Part shown: positions 25,397-33,792 of the stretch, one piece after another | How positions within the stretch are numbered: the stretch's first letter is position 1 | How the letters are laid out: each line of letters opens with the position of its first letter | Assembly (NCBI GenBank): GCA_049472235.1 | Contig: JBLIRI010000002.1 | Location: 1-44,015 of the forward strand | Source of the DNA: Thermoplasmatota archaeon | Lineage (GTDB): Archaea > Thermoplasmatota > Penumbrarchaeia > Penumbrarchaeales > Penumbrarchaeaceae | Length of the DNA stretch: 44,015 bases | Reading direction: 5' to 3' | Notes under the pieces: model-generated | Database searches by the model: none | Told to the model about the DNA's origin: nothing | Seen by the model: only the letters and a program-made list of their open reading frames with translations | Program-made: the position numbers and the translations under genes

Positions 25397-27793
25397 CTAT
25401 GACAGGGCGGTGCCGTTCCTCTCGAGTTGCGCTTCGACCGAGGTCTTTCTGTTCAGAGCCTCCTGATCGTCCGGATTGAACCTAAGCACCCTCTTGTAGC
25501 ATTCAAGGGCCTTCAGGGGCTCGTTCTGAAGTCTGAACACCTCTGCTTTGACCATCCATACCCTTTCGCTCTTGGGGTCCACCTGAAGAGCGGAGGTAAG
25601 GGTCCTCTGGGCATTATCCAGGTCCTTCATCGAGATATAGGTCTCCGAAAGGTCGAGGTGGACGTTGATGTTGCATGGATCGACCGCAACCGCCTTGTTG
25701 AAATATTCCATCGCACCTTTCAGGTCCCCCTTACCCTTCATGCCATGGGCCATGGATGCCAGTACCTCAACATCCTCCGGCTCCAGGGAAAGGGCCTTTT
25801 TGAAGCATTTGAGTCCGTCATCCACAAGTTTGTAGACCTCAAGTAGTATCCTTCCCTTCTCGTGCCATGCAAGATGGTTCGAATCGTCCAGGCTTGTGGC
25901 CTGGTCCAGGCACTTAAGGCCTTCCTGGTGTTTTTCAAATCCCCTGGAGAGCACCATGCCTTTGTTGTACCATCCGTCCGAGGACCTGTTATCGAGCTTT
26001 GTTACCATGTCGAAACAGTCCAGGGCCTCCTTCGGGTCATAGAGGGAGTCGAAATAGACCATCCCCAGTTCCATCCATAGTTCAGGGTCCTTGTCGTTCC
26101 TTTTCAGGGCAGCTTTCAACAATATGACAGCATCGTTTGCCCGGTCCAGGTGCTCAGCGAGTATGCTTGCCTTGGAGATGATGGTCTTCTTGTTCTTCGG
26201 GTCTGCCTTTATGGATTCATTCATCAGCTCGAGAGCTCTGTCGGGGTCGTTGTCTATCTTCAAAGCCCCAAGTCCGCGTACGTACAGGGCCACGGGATCA
26301 TTGCCCCTGGTCTCCAGCAGCCTGTCTGCAAGTTCGACGGCCCGCTTGAACTTCTTGCGGTGCCGAAGGAGGAGGTCGATGGTCTTATGGAGGACCTCGG
26401 GCGAGTCAGGATTGGAACCTATTGCGTTCTCAAGGAATTCCAGGGATGAGTTGAAATCCTTGTCGACCTTCTCCGCGATCTCGCTCTTGAACATCCATCC
26501 GTGAACGTGGGTGGGATCGGCCTCCACCACCTTGTCGAAATATTTCTTGGCCTTTGCAACGTCATTCAATTTCTTGTAGGAGATCAGCCCCATCCTGAAG
26601 GACCCCACCACATGGTTCGGATTTATCCTCAGGAGGGACCGGTAGGACAGGATCGATTCATCCATCCTGCCAAGCCTCTGCTCGAGGATCTGGGCCTTGT
26701 TGAACCATGCCTCCTCGTTGTAAGGGTCCTGAGAAAGGGCATACTCGAGACATTTCAATCCATCCTCCTCCCTCCCCTTGGTCTTGCCCATTATGATGCC
26801 CTTCTTGATCCAGACAGGATAGTACTGCGGATCGATATCAGTGGCCTGGTCGTATGAATAGAGCGCTTCCTCGAGATCGTTGAGCTCGTGGTGACACATA
26901 CCTTGGTATGCCCAGGCATCACGGTTTTCCTCGTTCTGATCGAGGATCCTGTCAAAGCAGAGGAGGGCCTTTTCGAAGTTCCCCGCTCCGAAGAGGACCT
27001 TCCCTTTCTCCAGAAGAAGGTCTGGATTATCCCCGTCAAGGGTCAAACCCTCCTCGATATAGAAAAGAGCGGTTTCGGTGTTCTCCTCCTGAACGGCATC
27101 CCTTGCCCTCACGAGAAGTTCCTTTATGATCTTCTTGATCTCGTCGAGATGAGGCTCCGGTCTGTCCTTTCCCAGGGGTTCGATGATCTCCCCGATGGAT
27201 ATCATCTCATTTAGCTCGGGACCCGCGGTCGACCCTTCGGTCGTCTCGCAGGCCTTTCGCGCTTCCTCCCTTTCCTTGATGCGGACCATGTAATCCGTGA
27301 TATCCTTCGAGGCCGCGGGGGTGGAGGAGTTCCAGAGTTCGTTAAGGTCCTCGAGGATGGTATCCACCATGTCCTTGCCCATGATGAGCTGCCCGTAGAC
27401 TATGTCGTTCAGAAGCTGGTCCGAGGAGAGGTCCCCGGTCGCGATCATGGCCTTCTTACCATCAAGGACCATTGATGTCATTGAAAGGTTCCGGAGGAAC
27501 CTGATCTCTATCTTGGACCTTGGTTCGTTCAGAAGAAGGGCAAGTATTCGGAGCACCTCGGGGTCAATGCCCTTTATCATGAAGTCGGATTCCGAGAGGC
27601 GCAGTATGAACCTGATGTGCAGCTTCCTTTGCGACCTTGCGATGAGGATGGACTGGACCTTCCTGAGTATGTCCAGGTCCATGGTCGGCGTTGCGATGAC
27701 CGCTTCCTTTTCGACCTCCATGAAATGCCAGAGGAATATATTTTTCCAGGGACTCTGGAAGAAGAATTGATTGAAATCCTCGTCCGGGCTCAT
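25397..27793 (-). CDS. N-terminal PLD-like domain (HKD residues absent) fused to a long TPR array
   Basis: 798 aa. Residues ~25-160 follow the PLDc_2 pattern but read NLSMTSMVLDGKKAMIATGDLS where HxK(x)4D(x)6GSxN is expected. Residues ~240-790 are repeated W/Y..G....G....A...Y..AL..DP TPR units. Confidence 0.65.
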   Translation of the reverse strand: MSPDEDFNQFFFQSPWKNIFLWHFMEVEKEAVIATPTMDLDILRKVQSILIARSQRKLHIRFILRLSESDFMIKGIDPEVLRILALLLNEPRSKIEIRFLRNLSMTSMVLDGKKAMIATGDLSSDQLLNDIVYGQLIMGKDMVDTILEDLNELWNSSTPAASKDITDYMVRIKEREEARKACETTEGSTAGPELNEMISIGEIIEPLGKDRPEPHLDEIKKIIKELLVRARDAVQEENTETALFYIEEGLTLDGDNPDLLLEKGKVLFGAGNFEKALLCFDRILDQNEENRDAWAYQGMCHHELNDLEEALYSYDQATDIDPQYYPVWIKKGIIMGKTKGREEDGLKCLEYALSQDPYNEEAWFNKAQILEQRLGRMDESILSYRSLLRINPNHVVGSFRMGLISYKKLNDVAKAKKYFDKVVEADPTHVHGWMFKSEIAEKVDKDFNSSLEFLENAIGSNPDSPEVLHKTIDLLLRHRKKFKRAVELADRLLETRGNDPVALYVRGLGALKIDNDPDRALELMNESIKADPKNKKTIISKASILAEHLDRANDAVILLKAALKRNDKDPELWMELGMVYFDSLYDPKEALDCFDMVTKLDNRSSDGWYNKGMVLSRGFEKHQEGLKCLDQATSLDDSNHLAWHEKGRILLEVYKLVDDGLKCFKKALSLEPEDVEVLASMAHGMKGKGDLKGAMEYFNKAVAVDPCNINVHLDLSETYISMKDLDNAQRTLTSALQVDPKSERVWMVKAEVFRLQNEPLKALECYKRVLRFNPDDQEALNRKTSVEAQLERNGTALS

Positions 27794-27868
27794 CTGCCGA
27801 CCGCCTTTCCCTGCATTGGACCTCCTGGAAAAAGGTCGAGGATGTACTTTACCTTGTTCCCCCTCTTA

Positions 27869-28510
27869 TCAACCTTTGAGAGAAAGGCCTGTGGGGTCCT
27901 TGCTCAGTTTCCCGGATACGCCCTTCATCCTTTCATATTCAATTATCGCAAGGACCCTTCCGAATTTCCGGGAGATCTCCCTGATCCTGCGGGCCATTCT
28001 TCCCTCCCTTTCGAGCTCGAGCCTCTGAAAACCCCTGTAGCGGTTGATGGTCCTGTCCCATTCCAGCACGAAATCCTCCGGATTATCCGATCGGAACTTC
28101 CTCTTATTTATGCTCTTTATCCGCAGGGACTGCCTGATAAGGGTCATTCCGCCGACCGATCTGGTGTAGATGTCCGAATAGGAGATATCATCGAAATCAA
28201 GGGATCTGATGGGGAGCCCTTCTTCCTTTGATATATTGTACGCCTCCACCAGGGAAGGCGGGGGTATCTGGACCTCACCGAACCTGGATATTTCCCTCGC
28301 ATAGATCTTTTCAGTGGTGGACAGGTAGGTGTTCTCCACCTTTCCGTTGACAACGGCCTTCAGTCCCTTCATCTCTTCCCTGCCGATATGGAGGCAGATG
28401 ACATCCGGACCGAAATCCTCGAAGGCCGATCGAACGACCTCCTTTTCTGAAACAAGACCCTTTAAGGTTCCGAGCAAAAGGACCCTGCTCTTCCCCAGTT
28501 CGATGAGCAT
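27869..28510 (-). CDS. TraB/GumN-family-like protein (divergent)
   Basis: Start moved to ATG 28510, because track start 28633 overlaps the upstream gene by about 95 nt. LLLGTLKGLVSEKEVV..PDVICLHIGREE parallels the TraB GTAHVS...PD.V.VEL pattern. C-terminal LELEREGRMARRI...RVLAIIEYERMKGV. Confidence 0.45.
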   Translation of the reverse strand: MLIELGKSRVLLLGTLKGLVSEKEVVRSAFEDFGPDVICLHIGREEMKGLKAVVNGKVENTYLSTTEKIYAREISRFGEVQIPPPSLVEAYNISKEEGLPIRSLDFDDISYSDIYTRSVGGMTLIRQSLRIKSINKRKFRSDNPEDFVLEWDRTINRYRGFQRLELEREGRMARRIREISRKFGRVLAIIEYERMKGVSGKLSKDPTGLSLKG

Positions 28511-28538
28511 GGTCCTTTTAACATCCAGCGTCAAGGTT

Positions 28539-30980
28539 TCAGCGTCTCCGTGGGGGCGGTCTGCGGGGTCTCCGCATATCCTTCGTGCTTCTGGGGCCCG
28601 GGCGGGCTCTTCTGATATCCTGCTCCGCTTCAACCTCCTTCACCCTTGCCCCCCTCATCTGGAGAAAGAAGAGGTATGCCGCCACGATCAGACCCATGAT
28701 GAACAATGTGGCCAGAATGATGATCCATATCGAACTTGATGACGGTTCGTCATCCTTCGATCTGAGGGAGTCGAGGGGGTAATGATCGTCCCGATCGTTA
28801 ACGCCGTCGCCGTCAGTATCCCATGACAGGGGGTCCGTCTCGGTGGGATCGACCCTGCCGTTCGCGTTCTGGTCCTCGAATCCGTCCTTCAGGAAATCGT
28901 CATCGGAATCGGGGTCCAGCGGGTCCGTGGAGTTCCCGTCGCTGGTATCGATCTCTATGCCATCCAGCAGGCCGTCCCCATCCGTATCCGGATCCAGAGG
29001 GTCTGTCTCACCCTGGTCCACAATTCCGTTGCCGTTCACGTCCTCCTCGATGTCCGGAATGCCGTCCTCGTCGGAATCGTTCATCCTGGGGTCAAGGACC
29101 ATTATGGTCCTGATCTCGGGAAGAGAGATATGCGTTCCATCGAAGGCGTGAACGGAGAGTGTATGAAGGCCGCCCGAAAGGTTTCCCACCTGAACAGTAA
29201 GCTTGAAATGCCCTCCCGAGATAGAATCGAATTCGTCAAAGGTCCGATAGTAGCCCTCGTCGAACCTTACCCTGACCCTGTGGATGCCCAGGTCGTCGGA
29301 AATGTCGCCTTCGATCTCCACCGATCCGGTCACCTTCGTGCCGTTGACAGGGCCGGTCAGGGATATGGACGGCCCCTCGTTCGGAGGGAACATGAGAACC
29401 TCAACCTCCTTCAGGGGTTCTTCGATATCGTAGGAGGTCACCTCGTACCCGTCCTTCTGTGCGATCATATTGATGGGAAGATAGGAGTAGATGCCGGTCG
29501 AATCCCTTTCGTAGATCGTCATGGTGATGTCCCTGGAGGAGCCATCCGGGCCGGTGTAGGATGATCCGATCCATCGCCCATCCACATCCCTCAGGTCGAC
29601 CTGCACTCCCGCCACGGGGCTCCTATCGGGATGTTCGAGCGTGGTCACATCGAGTGTTATCTGGTATATGATCTGGGATGGATCATCCAGCAGCTCGACA
29701 TCGGATGGGGGGACGGTATCGATCATCACGATGATGGACCCTTCATCCAGGACCAATTTGGGGTTAAATATCGAACCAAGGGTGCTGTTCCCCACCGCGA
29801 TGCCGGACGATACCGAGTGTATATGTGCGTAGCCCGATCCTGTGAATGTGCAGCCCTCGAATTTGCCGGAGGAGCCGTCCGAATATATCGAGGAGAAAAC
29901 GATCTCTCCGGTTCCGGCGCCGTTATTATTGAAGACGGTGCCTCCGACCCAGAATTTGGTGCCCACCAGATGCAGCCCGCTCTCACCGGAGGTCGTCAGA
30001 TCCGAGTTCAGTATACTGATGTCGGCATCTGACGTCTGGATCCCGTCGGTGAAGATGTTGCTCATCTGGATCCCGTCAATATCCAGGACAGTCTGCGACA
30101 GGGCGGCTATTCCGACGTTCGCGCCCTCGATCCTCCCGTCTGAGATCGAGATGGTGGAGTTCAAAGAAAGCAGCTGATGGGATGTAGCTGCTTCTTCGGA
30201 AGATAGTAGGATATCTTCGATGACGAGGTTTGAATCCACTGCGTTGAATCCGATATTGCTGGATTCCATGATCTCCGATCCTGAGATCCTCCCATCGGAG
30301 CGGTAGGTCCGGATCCCGGTCCCGCAGTCATCGATCGCGATATCCACTAGGCGGGAGGACTCCACCTTCAGCAGATGAATTCCGTAATAGGTGGAATTCG
30401 AGATCCTGATCCTCTCAGCCAGAAGATATTTGCCGGTTCCCATGGGGCCTTTGATATCCATGCCGTTCCTTGAGCAGTTCAATATGGAGGAATCGGATAT
30501 TCTCAGGTCGGATGAGTGGGACCTGATCCCGATCTCCGCCTCCTCGATCGTGGCATTCTTGATGATAGAGGATGCGGAGGGATCTCCTTCCATCAGGTTG
30601 ATGCCGCCCCATGCCTCGCCTTTGACGTACGGTCCCATATACACAATATCATCATGATCCCCACTTATCAGAGGGGCGCCTGTAAGATTGAGATAGACGT
30701 TCTCATCGAAGAGGACCCTGGTTCCGGGCCCCATGTACAATGGTTTCGAAGCCGGTATGTCCAGGTTCGCAACAACGTGATAAGTGTCCCCCTCCTTGAT
30801 GATCCTTGAGGGGTAGAGTCCCATCATGGATTCCATGGAATAGAATCCTTGTGGTGTTTCGGCCTGGACCCCTGTCTGGACGAATAGGGTTAACCCTGCC
30901 ATCATGAGGGACATCGTAACGGCAGCCGCAAATACCGCCGACCGTTTCGATAGGGGTGTGAATACCCTCTCGGTTAGCAT
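28539..30980 (-). CDS. large surface protein: signal peptide, right-handed parallel beta-helix (PbH1) repeats, Ig-like domains, TSP3-type Ca-binding repeats, TM, basic tail
   Basis: 813 aa. Repeated I.IS.S.I..N...GI units. Motifs: DSDEDGIPDIEEDVNGNGIVDQGETDPLDPDTDGDGLLDG...DPDSDDD...WDTDGDGVNDRDD. TM IWIIILATLFIMGLIVAAYLFFL. Confidence 0.8.
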   Translation of the reverse strand: MLTERVFTPLSKRSAVFAAAVTMSLMMAGLTLFVQTGVQAETPQGFYSMESMMGLYPSRIIKEGDTYHVVANLDIPASKPLYMGPGTRVLFDENVYLNLTGAPLISGDHDDIVYMGPYVKGEAWGGINLMEGDPSASSIIKNATIEEAEIGIRSHSSDLRISDSSILNCSRNGMDIKGPMGTGKYLLAERIRISNSTYYGIHLLKVESSRLVDIAIDDCGTGIRTYRSDGRISGSEIMESSNIGFNAVDSNLVIEDILLSSEEAATSHQLLSLNSTISISDGRIEGANVGIAALSQTVLDIDGIQMSNIFTDGIQTSDADISILNSDLTTSGESGLHLVGTKFWVGGTVFNNNGAGTGEIVFSSIYSDGSSGKFEGCTFTGSGYAHIHSVSSGIAVGNSTLGSIFNPKLVLDEGSIIVMIDTVPPSDVELLDDPSQIIYQITLDVTTLEHPDRSPVAGVQVDLRDVDGRWIGSSYTGPDGSSRDITMTIYERDSTGIYSYLPINMIAQKDGYEVTSYDIEEPLKEVEVLMFPPNEGPSISLTGPVNGTKVTGSVEIEGDISDDLGIHRVRVRFDEGYYRTFDEFDSISGGHFKLTVQVGNLSGGLHTLSVHAFDGTHISLPEIRTIMVLDPRMNDSDEDGIPDIEEDVNGNGIVDQGETDPLDPDTDGDGLLDGIEIDTSDGNSTDPLDPDSDDDFLKDGFEDQNANGRVDPTETDPLSWDTDGDGVNDRDDHYPLDSLRSKDDEPSSSSIWIIILATLFIMGLIVAAYLFFLQMRGARVKEVEAEQDIRRARPGPRSTKDMRRPRRPPPRRR

Positions 30981-31120
30981 GAAGGTGATTTTATCTTCTT
31001 ATTAAACTAGTTTGTCCAACGTTGATGAAACACTCCCGCACCAATATGAAGGATTTATTTACCATATTCCCATTAGGCCCAATCGAGCATTCCGAGGTTT
31101 ATCGATATGCTAATGGTGAT

Positions 31121-32785
31121 ATGATGGACAAGATAGTCGAGTGTGTTCCCAATTTCAGTGAAGGCAGGGATATGGCGGTCATCGAAGCCATAGCTTCCGC
31201 CGTGAGAAGCGTGAAGGGCGTAAAACTCCTGAACGTGGACCCAGGGGCCGATTTCAATAGAACGGTGTTCACCTTCGTGGGGGGTCCGGAGGAGGTCCTT
31301 GAAGCCGCATTTCAGGCTGCAAGGATAGGAACCCGCCTCATCGATATGACGAAACATAAGGGGGAGCATGCCAGGATGGGAGCGCTTGACGTGTGCCCTT
31401 TCATTCCCATCAAGGGTGTGACGATGGATGATTGCACCGAACTGGCCAAGAGGTTCGGGGCAAGAGTTTGGGAAGATCTGAGCATCCCGGTATTCCTTTA
31501 TGCAAATTCGGCCAGGAGGGATGACAGGATCAGCCTCCCTACGATCAGGAAGGGGGAGTACGAAGCGCTCGAGGAGAAGTTCAAGGACCCGGATTTCAGG
31601 CCGGACTTCGGCGACCCTGTGTTCATCCCTAAAAGCGGGGCCTCGGTCACCGGCGCAAGACAGATCCTGATCGCCTACAACGCCAATCTGAACACAGCTG
31701 ACAAGTCCGTAGCATCAGCCATATCCGGAAATATCAGGGAAAGCGGCGTTCTCAAGAAGGATGAGAACGGAGAGAAGGTCATCGGTCCGGATGGCAAGCC
31801 GGAAAGGATCCCTGGCCGCTTCAAAGGGGTACAGGCAGGCGGTATGATGTACAATGAGGATATCGCCCAGGTATCCATGAACCTTCTTGATTTCGAGGAG
31901 GTGAACCTCCATCATGTTTTCGATGCCTGCAGGGAGGAAGCAAGGAAACTCGGAGCTGACGTGACCGGCTCCGAGATCGTGGGGCTTGTCCCCAGGGGTG
32001 CTTTGGTAAAGGCCGGTGTACACTACGGAAGGAAACTGGGGAAGGACCTTTCGAACGAGGAAGACCTTCTGGACCTTGCCGTTACCGAACTTGGATTGAA
32101 CCAGCTCTACGAATTCAAACCCGATGAAAAGGTGATCGAATACATGGTCCAGGAATCCGGACCGCTGGCCTCGATGACGTTGAAGGGATTCCTCGGGGAA
32201 TTGTCCTCGGATTCACCTGCACCCGGAGGTGGCAGCGTTGCCGCCCTTTCCGGCTCCCTCGGGGCCGCCCTCATGGAAATGGTCTGCAATCTAACAGTGG
32301 GCAAGAAGAAGTACGAGGAGGTATGGGGCGAGATGAAGGGAAGGATAAAGGAGTTCTCTTCCCTGAGAGCCCGGCTTCTGGAACTCGTCGACGAGGATGC
32401 AAACGCTTTCAATGACGTCATGGCAGCCTTCAAGCTTCCCAAGGATACGGATGAGGAAAAAGCTGAAAGGTCGAATGCGATACAGACCGGATACAAGAAG
32501 GCGATCGCCACACCACTCGAGACAGCCGAGGTCTGTCTCAAGGTCCTTGAGATCGGAGTGTCCGTTGCTCGGAAGGGCAACAAGAACTCGATATCCGATG
32601 TAGGGGTCGGCGCGGACATGGCCGGAACCGGTCTCGACGGCGCGATCATGAACATCAAGATAAACCTCGGATCGATCAAGGACGAGGACTACGTGGCGGA
32701 CATGGATGCCAGGATCGTGTCGATGATCGCCAGGAAAGAGGAGCTCATCTCCTCCATAAGGAGGATCGTGAAAGAGGATCTTTGA
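31121..32785 (+). CDS. ftcD: bifunctional glutamate formimidoyltransferase / formimidoyltetrahydrofolate cyclodeaminase
   Basis: N-terminal MMDKIVECVPNFSEGRD and a C-terminal cyclodeaminase-like helical domain (PAPGGGSVAALSGSLGAALMEMV). Start moved from track TTG 31022 to ATG 31121. Confidence 0.85.
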   Translation: MMDKIVECVPNFSEGRDMAVIEAIASAVRSVKGVKLLNVDPGADFNRTVFTFVGGPEEVLEAAFQAARIGTRLIDMTKHKGEHARMGALDVCPFIPIKGVTMDDCTELAKRFGARVWEDLSIPVFLYANSARRDDRISLPTIRKGEYEALEEKFKDPDFRPDFGDPVFIPKSGASVTGARQILIAYNANLNTADKSVASAISGNIRESGVLKKDENGEKVIGPDGKPERIPGRFKGVQAGGMMYNEDIAQVSMNLLDFEEVNLHHVFDACREEARKLGADVTGSEIVGLVPRGALVKAGVHYGRKLGKDLSNEEDLLDLAVTELGLNQLYEFKPDEKVIEYMVQESGPLASMTLKGFLGELSSDSPAPGGGSVAALSGSLGAALMEMVCNLTVGKKKYEEVWGEMKGRIKEFSSLRARLLELVDEDANAFNDVMAAFKLPKDTDEEKAERSNAIQTGYKKAIATPLETAEVCLKVLEIGVSVARKGNKNSISDVGVGADMAGTGLDGAIMNIKINLGSIKDEDYVADMDARIVSMIARKEELISSIRRIVKEDL

Positions 32786-32790
32786 GGTGC

Positions 32791-33078
32791 ATGGCTATGG
32801 GGAAGATCGACAAGTTGACAAAGGATATCGAGAATTTGAAGCTGGATATCGAGAAGTTCGAGGCAAAGCTCCAGGAGGCCAGGGAATACCACAAGAAAGG
32901 CCGCATAGACAAGGACGGGTGGTCCAAGGCCAGACACAAATATCAGGAAAAGATCAGAATCGCCCAGATCTCCATAAGGAGAAAGGAGAAGGCCCGGCTG
33001 CACTTCGAGAAGGAAGAGAAGGAGAGAAAGGAAGGCAAGGACAAGAAGGATGATAAGGCCAAGAAGAGCAAGAAATGA
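32791..33078 (+). CDS. K/E-rich coiled-coil small protein
   Basis: 95 aa. ATG lies 6 nt after the ftcD stop, with GAGGT upstream. The overlapping minus ORF 32689..33390 looks non-coding. Confidence 0.45.
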   Translation: MAMGKIDKLTKDIENLKLDIEKFEAKLQEAREYHKKGRIDKDGWSKARHKYQEKIRIAQISIRRKEKARLHFEKEEKERKEGKDKKDDKAKKSKK

Positions 33079-33097
33079 TCCTGGGCCGGGAGTCCCC

Positions 33098-33727
33098 ATG
33101 CAATCACTGGAAGATGTCCTTGGAGCGTCCGAACGGAACTTCATGGTCATCGCCCACAGGGCCAGGTCCGATGGCTCGATAAACCTGAACGATCTATGCG
33201 GCGCTTCGGGCAGGTGGGACGGAGTGGCGAGGGCCATCACTTCGGCACTCTTTCTCTCGCACGATATGCGGAGGGACACTTCGATACACATTCTGCTTCT
33301 GGGTCCCGAGGACCCGCCGAAGCTCCTGTCGGTGAACGGTGAGAGCGTCAGATATCTGAACCCGGACGAGAGGGCGAGTTCAGCCCTCATGCGAAAATGC
33401 CTCGCTCATGAGCTTTCTGATGTTCCAGGTTCGATCATTCACCCCTCACCGGGGATCCGGATCACCAGAACCGGCCTTGACCAGGTACTTGGAAGCTTCC
33501 CAGGCAGGGTCTTTGTCATGGATGAATCGGGATCGGAGATGGACGAAAAGGTCATTGCCGATCTCAAGGGTTCACCCGTTCTATTCGTTCTGTCGGACGA
33601 CCAGGACCTCACCGGGGATGAATCAAGGACAATCAATGAAAAGGCCCTGTCAAGTTTGAAGGTGGGGGAGAAGGTGCTTCACTCGCACATGGTCATCTCG
33701 ATCGTCCATTTTCTTCTGGACAGATAA
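33098..33727 (+). CDS. trmY: tRNA (pseudouridine54-N1)-methyltransferase (SPOUT, DUF358)
   Basis: Motifs: LNDLCGASGRWDGVARAITSALFLSHDMRRD ... RYLNPDERASSALMRK, matching the TrmY signature from memory. ATG at 33098. Confidence 0.8.
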   Translation: MQSLEDVLGASERNFMVIAHRARSDGSINLNDLCGASGRWDGVARAITSALFLSHDMRRDTSIHILLLGPEDPPKLLSVNGESVRYLNPDERASSALMRKCLAHELSDVPGSIIHPSPGIRITRTGLDQVLGSFPGRVFVMDESGSEMDEKVIADLKGSPVLFVLSDDQDLTGDESRTINEKALSSLKVGEKVLHSHMVISIVHFLLDR

Positions 33728-33792
33728 CATTACACGGACTAGGAGGTTCATATATCCGATATCTTTTTGAACTCAGACCTTTTTCCAAAGCC

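Noticed and set aside
28511-28633. Longer start for the TraB-like gene
   Set aside because: It would overlap the 3' end of the beta-helix protein gene by about 95 nt. The extra residues are Arg/Pro/Ala-rich and not TraB-like. ATG 28510 gives the expected N-terminal beta-strand.
31022-31120. Extended FTCD start at TTG 31022
   Set aside because: The conserved formimidoyltransferase N-terminus (IVECVPNFSEGR) follows ATG 31121/31124 directly. The upstream 33 codons lie in an A/T-rich promoter-like region.
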